A DNA stretch of 64,000 bases, from positions 386,840 to 450,839 of the forward strand of contig CAVUBW010000024.1 in the NCBI GenBank assembly GCA_963739835.1, read 5' to 3'. The DNA is from an uncultured Acidimicrobiales bacterium. Lineage in GTDB: Bacteria > Actinomycetota > Acidimicrobiia > Acidimicrobiales > VFJN01. Shown here piece after piece: positions 1 through 10,062 of the stretch. Both the position numbers and the translations under genes were made by a program. Position 1 is the stretch's first letter, and each line of letters opens with the position of its first letter. The notes under the pieces are model-generated. The model worked only from the letters and a program-made list of their open reading frames with translations, was not told the origin of the DNA and did not search any database.

Positions 1-1092
1 GTCCTGGCCGGCGCGGTTGAACTCGTCGGGCGGTGCCCCGACCCGCACATCGAGCGCCAGCAGGTCCTGCAGCGCCCAGGCGTCGGCGCCGTCGGGATCG
101 ACGCCGATGGCCAGGTCGGTGAGCAGCGGCACCGGCTCCTCGGCCCGGGACATCTGGTCGTCGACCAGGAACTGGACCCAGGCCCAGAACGCCACCCGCT
201 CGGCGTGCGCCGCCGCGAACCGGCCGACCCCCGCGCTCTCGGGGTGGCGCTGCTCGGGCGGCCAGTCCCGCCACCCGCCGCCGTGGTGCTCGGCCAGGGC
301 ACAGAACCGGGCGTAGGTCTCGAGCCCGTCGCCCATCGCCTCGCGCCACCGCTCGAAGCGCAGGTCGGGACCCTGTTCCCTCCAGAGCAGGTCGAGGGCG
401 CGGCGCTTCAGCGCCCACACCGTGTCGCGGTCGATGAGCGGGCCGCCGTTGAGGTCGCGGCCCCGGGCCGCCAGCTCCTCGACCGCCGGGTTGCCCGCCG
501 CGCCGGGCAGCGCCTCGATGCGCAGCGCGAGGGGGGACGACCACCGCCGGCTGGACGGGAAGTACGGGCTCGGCTCGACACGGTCGATCGGCAGCGGCGC
601 GTGCAGCGGGTTGACCGCGACCATCCCCGCCCCCCGCGCGGCGGCCCAGGTCCCGACTGCCCGCAGGTCGACCAGGTCGCCGATGCCCCAGCTCTCGGCC
701 GAGCGGCACGCCGGCAGCTGGACCGACAGGACCCACGCCCGCAGGTCGGCCGGCAGGTGGCAGCGGCCGGGGGTGACGATCAGCCGGGTGAGCGGGCCCC
801 CGTCGAGGGGGTCGAGGTCGTGGTAGCCGGCCGGAAGGTCGGGCGGCAGGGCGCCCTCGGCCCGGTGCTCCGAGCCGTCCTCCAGCCGCAGCTCGCACGG
901 CCCGAGCAGGGCCTCGGCCGACCCGGCCCGGACCACCCACAGCGGCCGTTCGGCCGCCGGCGGGCCGTCCCCGGCGTCCCCGCCGGCCGCCATCGCGGCG
1001 CGGAGTGCGGCGCGGGTCTCGGGCGGCGTGGCGTGCCAGTGGCCATGCACGTCGAAGTAGCCGTCGTCGATGCCCCAGGGGTCTGTGGCCAT
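1..1092 (-). CDS. malQ: 4-alpha-glucanotransferase (amylomaltase, GH77), N-terminal 364 codons; continues past window start
   Basis: Own minus-strand translation from ATG at 1092: MATDPWGIDDGYFDVHGHW..., open to position 1. Motifs GIGDL, VNPLHAP, PSPYFPSSRR. Absent from ORF track because no stop lies in the window. Confidence 0.85.
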   Translation of the reverse strand, partial: MATDPWGIDDGYFDVHGHWHATPPETRAALRAAMAAGGDAGDGPPAAERPLWVVRAGSAEALLGPCELRLEDGSEHRAEGALPPDLPAGYHDLDPLDGGPLTRLIVTPGRCHLPADLRAWVLSVQLPACRSAESWGIGDLVDLRAVGTWAAARGAGMVAVNPLHAPLPIDRVEPSPYFPSSRRWSSPLALRIEALPGAAGNPAVEELAARGRDLNGGPLIDRDTVWALKRRALDLLWREQGPDLRFERWREAMGDGLETYARFCALAEHHGGGWRDWPPEQRHPESAGVGRFAAAHAERVAFWAWVQFLVDDQMSRAEEPVPLLTDLAIGVDPDGADAWALQDLLALDVRVGAPPDEFNRAGQD

Positions 1093-1139
1093 AGCGCCAG
1101 CGCACGGTACCCGGCAACGCAAGTCGCTGTCCGTGGGAC

Positions 1140-2037
1140 CTAGTCACATATCGTGGTTGCCTCGGGCGCCGGTGCCGGGCGTCGCAGGGGCGAGCTGTTG
1201 ACCGCAGCGATCCCGGCGGCCGTGAGCGCCCCGCCGAGCACGATGCGCCACTCGAACGGCTCGCCGAGCACGACGATGCCGACGACGACCGCGACCACCG
1301 GGATGATGTAGGTGACCAGCGACGCGGTGGTCGCCCCCAGGTCGGCGATCACGCGGTAGCTGAGGACGTAGGCCAGGCCGGTGCCCAGCACGCCCAGCAG
1401 CACGACCGACCCGACCCGGGTCGGCGTCAGCGCGATGCCGCCGACCAGCGACGTCGCCGCCGCCACCGGGAACAGCAGGACCGCGCCCATGCTGAGCTGG
1501 CCGGCCGCCGCCACCAGCGGGGGGACGCCGATCAGGTTGCGGCGCATGTACACGAACGCGAGGCCATAGCAGGCGCCGGCCAGCACCGATGCGGCGGCCC
1601 CGGCCAGCGACGATCCCCGGCAGGTCGGACCCTCCGACGCCCGCGGCCACCGCGACCCCGACCGCGCCGACGCCGAGGCCTGCCACCTGCAGCGGCCGCA
1701 GCCGCTCGCGCAGCGCCACCGCCGCGAACAGGGCGGTGAACAGCGGCGTCGAGGCGTTGAGGACGGCGGTGAGGGCGGACGTGATGTGCTGCTCACCCCA
1801 CGCGAGCAGGGAGAACGGCGCGATGTTGCCGATGAGGGCCACGACGGCGAAGTGGCGCAGCATCGTCCGGTCGGTCGGCACGCGCCCGCCCTGGTGCCCG
1901 AGCACGACGCGCAGGACGGTGGCGCCCAGGGCGATCCGGGCCCAGGCGACCGTCGTCGGCGTCATCCCCTCGACGGCGACCTTGATGAACAGGAAGGACC
2001 AGCCCCAGATGAAGGCGAGGAGGAACAGGCGCCGCAC
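1140..2037 (-). CDS. EamA/DMT-family permease; one apparent +1 extra base at 1611
   Basis: Two ORF-track frames join: ...LFLLAFIWGWSFLFIKVAVEG...GGSDLPGI then SLAGAAASVLAGACYGLAFVYMRR...IADLGATTASLVTYIIPV. Two EamA-like halves, about 10 TM. GTG at 2037 (TTG at 2049 possible). Confidence 0.8.
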
Positions 2038-2127
2038 CCGGGCAGTCAAGGGGACTTCCGGGCGGCCCGCAACGCAGTTTGTGCGGCGGCGCAACGCCGA
2101 GGGGCCAGGGCCACCCGCCGAGCCACC

Positions 2128-2133
2128 TAGAAT
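2128..2133 (+). promoter_or_regulatory. candidate -10 hexamer TAGAAT, 6 nt upstream of ATG 2140 (leaderless or very short leader)
   Basis: tagaat matches the TANNNT actinobacterial -10. No Shine-Dalgarno lies between it and the ATG. Confidence 0.35.
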
Positions 2134-2139
2134 CGCCGT

Positions 2140-2439
2140 ATGCCCAAGTCGTTGGTCGAGCGCCGCCTGAGCCAGGTCGCCGGGCGCCTGCGGCAGCTGC
2201 GCGACGAGCTGGCCGTCAGCGACGAGCAGCTCGCGCACCTCGCCGACGCCGCCGACGACGCCCGGCTGCGTGCCCTGGTGTCCGAGACGCCCGTAGCCGA
2301 CGACGACCACCGCGAGGCCGAGCGGCACGCGGACGCCATGCGCCGCCACCAGGCCAAGGTCAGAGAAGAGATCGCCAAGCTCGAACGCAACCAGGACGAG
2401 CTGCTCGACCGGCTGCTTGCCGAGTCGAAGTCACGCTAA
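2140..2439 (+). CDS. small coiled-coil hypothetical protein (99 aa)
   Basis: Clean ORF MPKSLVERRLSQVAGRLRQLRDELAVSDEQLAHL...LERNQDELLDRLLAESKSR with high GC3. No family recognised. Confidence 0.55.
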   Translation: MPKSLVERRLSQVAGRLRQLRDELAVSDEQLAHLADAADDARLRALVSETPVADDDHREAERHADAMRRHQAKVREEIAKLERNQDELLDRLLAESKSR

Positions 2440-2508
2440 CGATGCTCGAACGCAACCAGGACGAGCTGCTCGACCGGCTGCTTGCCGAGTCGAAGTCACG
2501 CTAACGAT
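2379..2508. repeat. perfect 65-bp direct tandem duplication (2379-2443 = 2444-2508)
   Basis: gctcgaacgcaaccaggacgagctgctcgaccggctgcttgccgagtcgaagtcacgctaacgat occurs twice back to back. It covers the last 19 codons, the stop and 4 nt of the preceding ORF. Confidence 0.95.
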
Positions 2509-2532
2509 CACGCAGAAGCGAAAGGAACGCCC

Positions 2533-3127
2533 TTGGCAACCCGCGTCGTCATCGCCGAGGACGAGGCCATCATCCGCCTCGACCTGCAAGGAGACCCTCG
2601 AGGAGGAGGGCTACGAGGTCGTCGGCGAGACCGGCCGCGGCGACGAGGCCGTCGAGCTGGTCCGCGAGCTCGAGCCCGACCTCGCCATCCTCGACATCAA
2701 GATGCCCGGCATCGACGGCCTCGACGGCCGCCCGCGAGCATCGCCGGCGAGCGCGATCTGCGGCGTGCTGATCCTCACCGCGTTCAGCCAGCGCGACCTC
2801 GATCGAGCAGGCCCGCGACGCCGGCGCCCTGGCCTACCTGGTCAAGCCGTTCCAGCGAGCGAGCTGATCCCGGCCATCGAGGTGGCGCATCGGCCGCTTC
2901 CGCGAGCTGCAGGCGCCTCGCCGAGCGAGGCCGACGCGCTCGAGGAGCAGCTCGAGACCCGCAAGGTCGTCGACCGGGCCAAGGGCATGCTGATGGACGA
3001 GCCCGGCATGTCACGAGGCCGACGCGTTCGCGTTCATCCAGCGCACGGCGATGAGCGAGCGGCACCGACGGATGCGCGACGTCGCCGACCGGATCCTCGA
3101 CGGCGACGCTCGCGCCCGGACGCCTGA
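2533..3127 (+). CDS. pdtaR: ANTAR response regulator (PdtaR-like), many +1 extra bases
   Basis: RBS aaaggaa then TTG 2533. After removing single bases: VVIAEDEAIIRLDLKETLEEEGYEVVGE...DIKMPGIDGLDAAREIAGERICGVLILTAFSQRDL...LETRKVVDRAKGMLMDE...AFAFIQRTAMSERTTMRDVADRIL. Same length as mycobacterial PdtaR across the receiver and ANTAR helices. Confidence 0.85.
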
Positions 3128-3140
3128 CGGCCGACGCCGT

Positions 3141-5889
3141 CGGCCGGCGACCACGCTCCTGCTCATCGACGGCAACTCGCTGACCTACCGGGCGTTCTTC
3201 GCCCTGCCGACCGACATGACCACCGCGTCCGGCCAGGTCACCAACGCGGTGTTCGGCTTCACGTCGATGCTGATCAACCTGCTGCAGCGACCACCAGCCC
3301 GACGGCGTCGCGGTGGCCTTCGACCGGCCCGAGCCGACGTTCCGCCACGAGGCCGATCGCCGACCTACAAGGCCAACCGCGACGCGGCGCCCGACATCCT
3401 GCGCCAGCAGATGGGCCTGGTCCGCCAGGTGGTCGAGGCGCTGCGGCATCACCGATCCTCGAGCTGCCCGGCTGCGAGGCCGACGACATCATCGCCACCC
3501 TCGCCGACCAGGCCCGCGACGCCGGGCGACGACGTCATCATCGTCACCGGCGACCGCGACAGCTACCAGCTCGTCGAGGACCCCCACGTCAAGGTGCTCT
3601 ACAACCAGCGCGGCGTGTCAGCGACTACGCGCTCTACGACGAGGCCGGCATCGAGGAGCGCACCGGCGTCACGCCCGGCGCAGTACGTCGCAGTACGCCG
3701 CGCTGCGCGGCGACCCGCAGCGACAACCTGCCCGGCGTGCCCGGCGTCGGCGAGAAGACCGCGGCCAAGCTGATCAACACCTACGGCGGCCTCGACGGCA
3801 TCTTCGCCCACGTCGACGAGCAGACGCCGAAGCTGCGGCCAGAACCTGACCGAGCACGAGGCCCAGGTCCGGCAGAACGCCGAGGTCATGGTGCTGCGCC
3901 GCGACGCCCCGGTCGACGTCGACCTCGACGAGCTCGACCGTCGGCGACCCGACGCCGACGAGGTCCGGCGGCTGTTCGACTTCCTCGAGTTCCGCACGCT
4001 GCTCGACCGCCTGGCCGAGGCGCTCGGCGACGGCCGGCGTCGGCGCCGGCGGCCGCGCCGGCGAGGTGCTCGAGGCCGAGGCTCGAGGCCTGGACGATCG
4101 CCGCCGACGCCGTCGCGGCTGCTCGACGCGCTGGCCGCGGCGCGACGGCCGCTCGACCGTCGCCGCCGCCTGGCCGGCGAGCCGACGGCCGCTCGCCGCT
4201 GGCCGGCCTCGCCGCTCGTCACCGACCGCGCCGGCGGCCGAGGTCGCCTGGATCCCCGCCGACGCTCGCTGGCCGACGATGCCGGTCGCGCTGGCCGGGC
4301 TCGTCGGCGCCGGCGGCCGACCGCTGCGCGGCCCACGACGCCAAGCCGCTGATGCGCGCGCTCGCCGAGCTCGACGTCGACGTGCGCGGCCTCGGCGCTC
4401 GACACCGCGATCGCCGCCTACCTGCTCGACCCGGCCGAGGCGCGCTACGCGCTCGACGAGCTGCTCGAGCCGCTACGCCGACGCTCGCGCTGCCCGACCG
4501 ACGACGGCCGCCGGCCGAGGGCCAGCTCGACTTCGACGGCGACGCGCGTCGACGTCGCGCGAGCTGGCCGGCCCGCCGACGCGCTCGCCGTCGACCGCCT
4601 CGTCGAGCCGCTCGCCGCCGCGCTCGACGCCCAGGGCCTGCGCGGCGCTCGTACGACGACGATCGAGGAACCCGCTCGTGCGGGTGCTCGCCCGCATGGA
4701 GCACGTCGGCATCGGCGTCGACGTCGGCCGAGCTGCGGCGCGCTCAACGAGCGAGCTCGTCGCCGAGGTGCGAGCGCGCTGCAGCGCGCAGATCTGGGAG
4801 GACGCCGGCGAGCGAGTTCAACGTCAACTCCACCGCCGCAGCTGCGCGAGATCCTCTTCGACGAGCTGCGGCCTGACGCCCGCAGAAGAAGACCAAGACC
4901 GGCTACTCCACCGACGCCGCCGTCGCTCGAGAAGCTGCGCGGCCAGCACCCGATCATCGAGCCCCTGCTGCGCTACCGCGAGGTCGAGAAGCTGCGGTCG
5001 CACCTACGGCGAGGGCCTGCTCGCCGAGGTCGCGCCCGACGGCCGCATCCACGCCACGTTCAACCAGACGGTGGCCCGCACCGGCCGGCTGTCAGCTCCG
5101 ACCAGCCGAACCTGCACAACATCCCGGTGCGCACCGAGGAGGGCCGGCCAGTTCCGCAAGGCGTTCGTGCCCGCGCCCGGGCTACGAGCTGCTGGTGGCC
5201 GACTACAACCAGATCGAGCTGCGCTGCATCGCCCACCTCGCCGAGGACCCGGGCCTGATCGAGGCGTTCGACGAGCGGCCAGGACATCCACACCGCCACC
5301 GCGTCGCGGGTGTTCGGCGTCGAGCCCGGCGACGTCACCGTCGAGCAGCGGTCGAAGGCGAAGATGGTCTCGCTACGGCCTGGCCTACGGCATGGAGGCC
5401 TACGGGCTCGGCCAGCGGCTCGGCATCCCCACCGAGGAGGCCGCCGGTGATCCTCGACGCCTACTTCGTGGCCTTCCCGGCCGTGAAGGACTACATGGAC
5501 CGCACGGTGGCCGAGGCCCGCGAGCGGGGCTACACCGAGACGCTGTTCGGCCGCCGCCGCCCGATCCCCGAGCTGCTCGAACTCGAACTTCCGCATCCGC
5601 CAGGCCGGCGAGCGCCAGGCCATGAACGCCGGCATCCAGGGCCTGGCCGCCGACATCTTCAAGGTGGCGCTGGTCCGCCTCGACCAGGCGCTCGAGCGAC
5701 GGCGGGCTCGACGAGCCGCCTCATCCTCCAGGTGCACGACGAGGTGCTCGTCGAGGTGCCCCGAGCCGAGCACGACGCCGTCGGCCGACCTCGTGCGTCG
5801 ACGCCATGCGCGGTGCCGCCGAGCTGCGACGTGCCGCTCGAGGTGAACCTGTCGTTCGGGCGACACGTGGGCCGACGGCGAAGGGCTGA
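3141..5889 (+). CDS. polA: DNA polymerase I, many +1 extra bases; start codon not resolvable (about 3130-3150)
   Basis: [105 protein letters not shown] spread over three frames. Restored C-terminus ...TWADAKG with TGA 5887-5889. Confidence 0.9.
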
Positions 5890-5892
5890 CCG

Positions 5893-6834
5893 GTGGCCGA
5901 CGACCGCCGACGGCGGCAGCGTCGCCGACCACTGGTTCGAGCCGCTCGCCGACCACCTGGGCGCGGCCTACCTGCGCTACTCGTTCACCAAGGGCACCGA
6001 GCAGGAGGTCGACGTTCCTGGTCGACGCGCTCGGGCTGACGCCCGGCGACGCGGGTGCTCGACGTCGGCTGCGGGCCCGGGCCGCCACGCCCACGCACTG
6101 GCCCGGCGGGGGATCGAGGTCGCACGGCGTCGACATCAGCCAGCGCTTCGTCGACCTGGCCACGCGCGGCGGCGCCGCCCGGGCGCGACGTTCGAGCGGG
6201 TCGACGCCCGGCACGCTCGCCGTTCGACGCCGAGTTCGACGCGGTCATCTCGCTGTGCCAGGGGGCGTTCGGGCTGGCCGGCGGGCCGGACGGCGCCGAG
6301 TCGACGCCGACGGCGCGTGCTGGCCGGCATGGCCCGGGCGCTGCGGCCCGGCGGGCGGCTGGCGCTGTCAGCGCGTTCACCGCCTACTTCCGGTGCGGTA
6401 CCTCGAGGACGGCGACACCTTCGACGCCGACACCGGCGTCAACCACGAGCGCACCGAGGTGCGCGACGAGGCCGGGCGCGGCGCGCGACGGTCGACCTGT
6501 GGACCAGCTGCTACACCCCCCGCGAGCTGCGCCTGCTGCTCGGCGCGGCCGGTCTGCGCGGTCGACGCGATCTGGTCAGCGTCGAGCCCGGCGCCTACGG
6601 CGCCGACGCCGCCCGACCATCGAGTCGCCCGAGTTCCTCGGTCGCTCGCGCCCGACCGCGGCCGGCGTCCGGACGTCGTGCTGGCTCGCCGGCGTCGCTG
6701 GCGCTGCGACCGGTGCGCTGGTCCTGGTCGCCGTGCGCCGCGCCGAGCGAGCACCTGTCCGCCAGTCGCACGTCCGACCGTCCCTCGTACCCCCGAAAGC
6801 CGACCGTCCCTTGTCCGACACCGCGACCATCTGA
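5893..6834 (+). CDS. class I SAM-dependent methyltransferase, several +1 extra bases
   Basis: GTG 5893. [77 protein letters not shown]. The only stop in any frame before rpsA is TGA 6832-6834, so the end is inferred. Confidence 0.6.
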
Positions 6835-6853
6835 CCCATCCGCCCGCCGAGCC

Positions 6854-8229
6854 ATGGGCACCTTCGACGACGAGGGCAGCTACACCCCCCGCCAGATCAT
6901 CGCCGACGACCTCGGCATGTCGCTTCGCCGACGCCATCGACGGCACCATGGTCGACGGTCGAGGACGGCCAGCTCGTCCACGGCACCGTCGTCAAGGTCG
7001 ACCAGGACGAGGTCCTGCTCGACATCGGCTACAAGTCCGAGGGCGTCATCCCCGCCCGCGAGCTGTCGATCCGCAACGACGTCGACCCGCACGAGATCGT
7101 CTCGCTCGGCGAGCAGGTCGAGGCCCTCGTCCTCACCAAGGAGGACAAGGAAGGCCGCCTGGTCCTGTCCAAGAAGCGGGCCCAGTACGAGCGGGCCTGG
7201 GGCACGATCGAGAAGATCAAGGAAGCCGACGGCGTCGTCGAGGGCCCGGTCATCGAGGTCGTCAAGGGCGGCCTCATCGTCGACATCGGCCTGCGCGGCT
7301 TCCTGCCCGCCTCGCTCGTCGAGCTGCGCCGGGTCCGCGACCTGCAGCCCGTACGTCGGCAAGATCGCTCGCAGGCCAAGATCATCGAGCTCGACAAGAA
7401 CCGCAACAACGTGGTGCTGTCCCGCCGGGCCTGGCTCGAGGAGACCCAGAAGGAGCAGCGCGAGGAGCTTCCTCACCAACCTCAAGCCGGGCGAGGTCCG
7501 CAAGGGCGTCGTCTCCTCGGTCGTCAACTTCGGTGCGTTCGTCGACCTCGGCGGCATGGACGGCCTCATCCACGTGTCAGCGAGCTGTCGTGGAAGCACG
7601 TCGACCACCCCGGCTCGGTCGTCGCCGTCGGCGACGAGGTCAAGGTGCAGGTGCTCGACGTCGACCTCGACCGCGAGCGCATCAGCCTGTCGCTGAAGGC
7701 CACCCAGCAGGATCCGTGGCAGGAGTTCGCCACCAGCCACCAGGTCGGCGAGCTGGTCTACGGCCGGGTCACCAAGCTGGTGCCGTTCGGCGCGTTCGTC
7801 CAGGTCGGCGACGGCATCGAGGGCCTGGTGCACATCTCGGAGATGTCGGCCCACCACGTCGACCCGCCCGAGCAGGTCGTCACGCCGGGCGAGGAGCTGT
7901 GGGTCAAGATCATCGACCTCGACCTCGCAGCGCCGCCGCATCAGCCTGTCGATCAAGCAGGCCGCCGAGGGTGGCGATCTGGCCGCCGAGTACCGGAGCA
8001 CTTCGGCGAGCACGCCTACGACGACCAGGGCAACTACATCGGCCGCGCGAGCACCGACCGAGGCCGAGGAGGCCTGGGCCGAGTACTACGCCGAGAGCGG
8101 CGAGGCCCCGCCGGCGGACCTGGCCGAGGCCGGCGAGGCCGAAGCAGAGGCCGACGCCGAGGCCGCCGGACGAGGTCGACGAGCGAGGTCGAGGGCGAGG
8201 CCCCGGATGAGGGCGAGGGCGAGGGCTGA
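6854..8229 (+). CDS. rpsA: 30S ribosomal protein S1, several +1 extra bases
   Basis: MGTFDDEGSYTPRQIIADDLG...VEDGQLVHGTVVKVDQDEVLLDIGYKSEGVIPARELSIRNDVDP...KIIELDKNRNNVVLSRRAWLEETQ...FGAFVDLGGMDGLIHVS...KATQQDPWQEF. Acidic tail ends EGEGEG then TGA 8227-8229. Confidence 0.92.
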
Positions 8230-8230
8230 A

Positions 8231-8284
8231 GCGTTTTGTCCGCCGAATTGGTCGCCATAGCGACCACCTCGGCGTAGAAAACGC
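8231..8284 (+). repeat. ~54-nt three-helix hairpin element, copy A (core GGTCGCCATAGCGACC)
   Basis: gcgtttt-gtc-cgccga-att-ggtcgc-cata-gcgacc-acc-tcggcg-tag-aaaacgc. Lies between the rpsA stop and the coaE start. A related inverted copy is at 22818-22867. Confidence 0.6.
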
Positions 8285-8305
8285 GAGACCCGCTAGGGTC
8301 CCGGC

Positions 8306-8933
8306 GTGCTGGTCGTAGGGCTCACCGGAGGCATCGGGTCGGGGAAGTCGACCGTGTCGCGCCTGCTGGCCGACCGGGGCGCCGTCATCGTCGACGCCGA
8401 CGCCATCACCCGCGAGGTGCAGGAGCCGGGCACTCCGGCGTTCGCCGCCATGGTCGAGCGCTTCGGCCCGGGCATCGTGGCCGCCGACGGCACGCTCGAC
8501 CGGGCCGCCGTCGCCGACATCGTGTTCGCCGACCCCGATGCCCTCGCCGACCTCAACAAGATCGTGCATCCCGCCGTCGGGGCCGAGATCGCCCGGCGCA
8601 TGACCGAGTTGGCCGACACCGACGCGGTCGTCGTGCTCGACGTGCCGCTGATGGTCGAGTCGTCGCGGGGCTACCCCGTCGCCGGCCTCCTCGTCGTGGA
8701 CGTCGACCCCGAGGTCGCGCTCGCGCCGGGTGGTCGAGCAGCGGGGGATGCGCGAGGCCGACGTCCGGGCCCGGATGGCCAACCAGGCGACCCGCGACCA
8801 GCGCCTGGCCCGGGCCGACCGCGTGATCGACAACGGCGGCACGCTCGCCGGCCTGGAGCGACAGGTCGACGAGGCCTGGCACTGGATCGAGGGCCTGGCC
8901 GTCACAGCGGCGCCACGTCCACCGACACGGTGA
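8306..8933 (+). CDS. coaE: dephospho-CoA kinase; one +1 extra base near 8727
   Basis: MLVVGLTGGIGSGKSTVSRLLADRGAVIVDADAI... (P-loop), then frame change to RVVEQRGMREADVRARMANQATRDQRLARADRVIDNGG. Confidence 0.88.
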
Positions 8934-9332
8934 GCTCCTGGCCGGCCGGTGGACCGAACACCACGCCCCGCACCGGCACCACGTCCGTGTAGTCGCGGCC
9001 CCACCCGATCGTGACGTGCCGGTCCGGCTGGACGAGGCCGTTGGTCGGGTCGAGGTCGATCCAGCCCCCGCCCGGTACGTACAGCCCGACCCAGGCGTGC
9101 GAGGCGTCGGCGCCGACGAGGCGGGGCTGGCCCGGGCGGCGCGGTCTCCAGGTAGCCGCTCACGTCGCGCGCCCCGAGCCCGATCGACCGCAGCGAGCCG
9201 GCGAGCAGGTGGGCGAAGTCCTGGCACACCCCCCGCCGCTCGGTAGTCGTCGACCGGCTGGATGCTCTGGTGGACGAACAGTTCGGCGAAGGCCCGCTTG
9301 GACACCAGCCGGTTCTCCAGCAGGTAGCTCAC
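8902..9332 (-). pseudogene. transglutaminase-like protein, C-terminal core only (N-terminal region absent), two extra bases
   Basis: Minus strand: ...ERRGVCQDFAHLLAGSLRSIGLGARDVSGYLET...ADASHAWVGLYVPGGGWIDLDPTNGLVQPDRHVTIGWGRDYTDVVPVRGVVFG...VSVDVAPL. Cys-His-Asp core present, but only ~140 codons before non-coding sequence. Confidence 0.6.
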
Positions 9333-9422
9333 CCCCCGACGGCACCCGCCGGCATGTGTCCCGCCGGTTCGCCTCGTATGACGCCCGCGTGAATCGATGC
9401 GGGGCGGAGGGACGCGACCTGC

Positions 9423-10061
9423 TTGAGTGGTCGGATGCTCCCCGCCCTGCTCACCGGCCTGGGCCTGGGCGCCCTCGTGGCCGCACAGGTGGGCCCGGTG
9501 TCGCTCCTGTGCATCCGGACCACCCTGCGCCACGGCTTCGCCCCCGGCCTGGCGATCGGGGCCGGCGCCGCCGCGGTCGACACGGTCTACGGCGGGCTGG
9601 GCATGGCGGGCGCGGCGACGGTGATCGGGTTCGGCCCGGTGCGGGTCGTGCTGGGCCTGATCGGCGCCGGTGTGCTGGCGGCGATGGGCCTGCGGACGCT
9701 GCGGACCGCGCACCGCGTGCGGATCGGGCTGGAGATGCCGGCCGAGGTCGTCACCCCCGGCCGGGCTCTCCGGACCGCCCTCGCCGCCACCGCCTCGAAC
9801 CCGTTGACGATCGCCTCCTGGGCAACCGCGTTCGCCGCGGCCTCGACCGCGTCGGTCGTGGCGGGCTGGAGCGACGGCGTGGCGCTCCTGGTCGGGATCG
9901 GCGCCGGCAGCGTGGGCTGGTTCGCCGTGCTGACCTCGGGCGTCGCGCTGGCCGGCCGGCGGTTGGGCGACCGGGCGGTCCAGGTCGCCGACGTGGTGGC
10001 GGGCGCGGGGCTGGTCGGGTTCGGCGCCCTGCTGGGCATCCGGTCGCTGCGGGACGCCTGA
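9423..10061 (+). CDS. LysE/RhtB-family amino-acid exporter
   Basis: Clean 212-aa ORF, about 6 TM, ...LRHGFAPGLAIGAGAAAVDTVYGGLGMAG...ASNPLTIASW. The ATG at 9435 is the more likely start. Confidence 0.75.
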   Translation: MSGRMLPALLTGLGLGALVAAQVGPVSLLCIRTTLRHGFAPGLAIGAGAAAVDTVYGGLGMAGAATVIGFGPVRVVLGLIGAGVLAAMGLRTLRTAHRVRIGLEMPAEVVTPGRALRTALAATASNPLTIASWATAFAAASTASVVAGWSDGVALLVGIGAGSVGWFAVLTSGVALAGRRLGDRAVQVADVVAGAGLVGFGALLGIRSLRDA

Positions 10062-10062
10062 G

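Noticed and set aside
205-1143. 312-aa plus-strand ORF, and similar long ORFs such as 5060-6214(-), 13602-15503(-), 18726-21422(-), 30672-32666(-) and 39901-42141(-)
   Set aside because: They are Arg/Pro/Gly-rich shadow frames antisense to, or out of frame with, clearly recognisable genes (malQ, polA, uvrA, GH65, oppA, coxL). This is typical of stop-poor high-GC DNA.
2379-2508. Possible CRISPR or minisatellite
   Set aside because: There are only two identical 65-bp units with no spacers and no cas genes.
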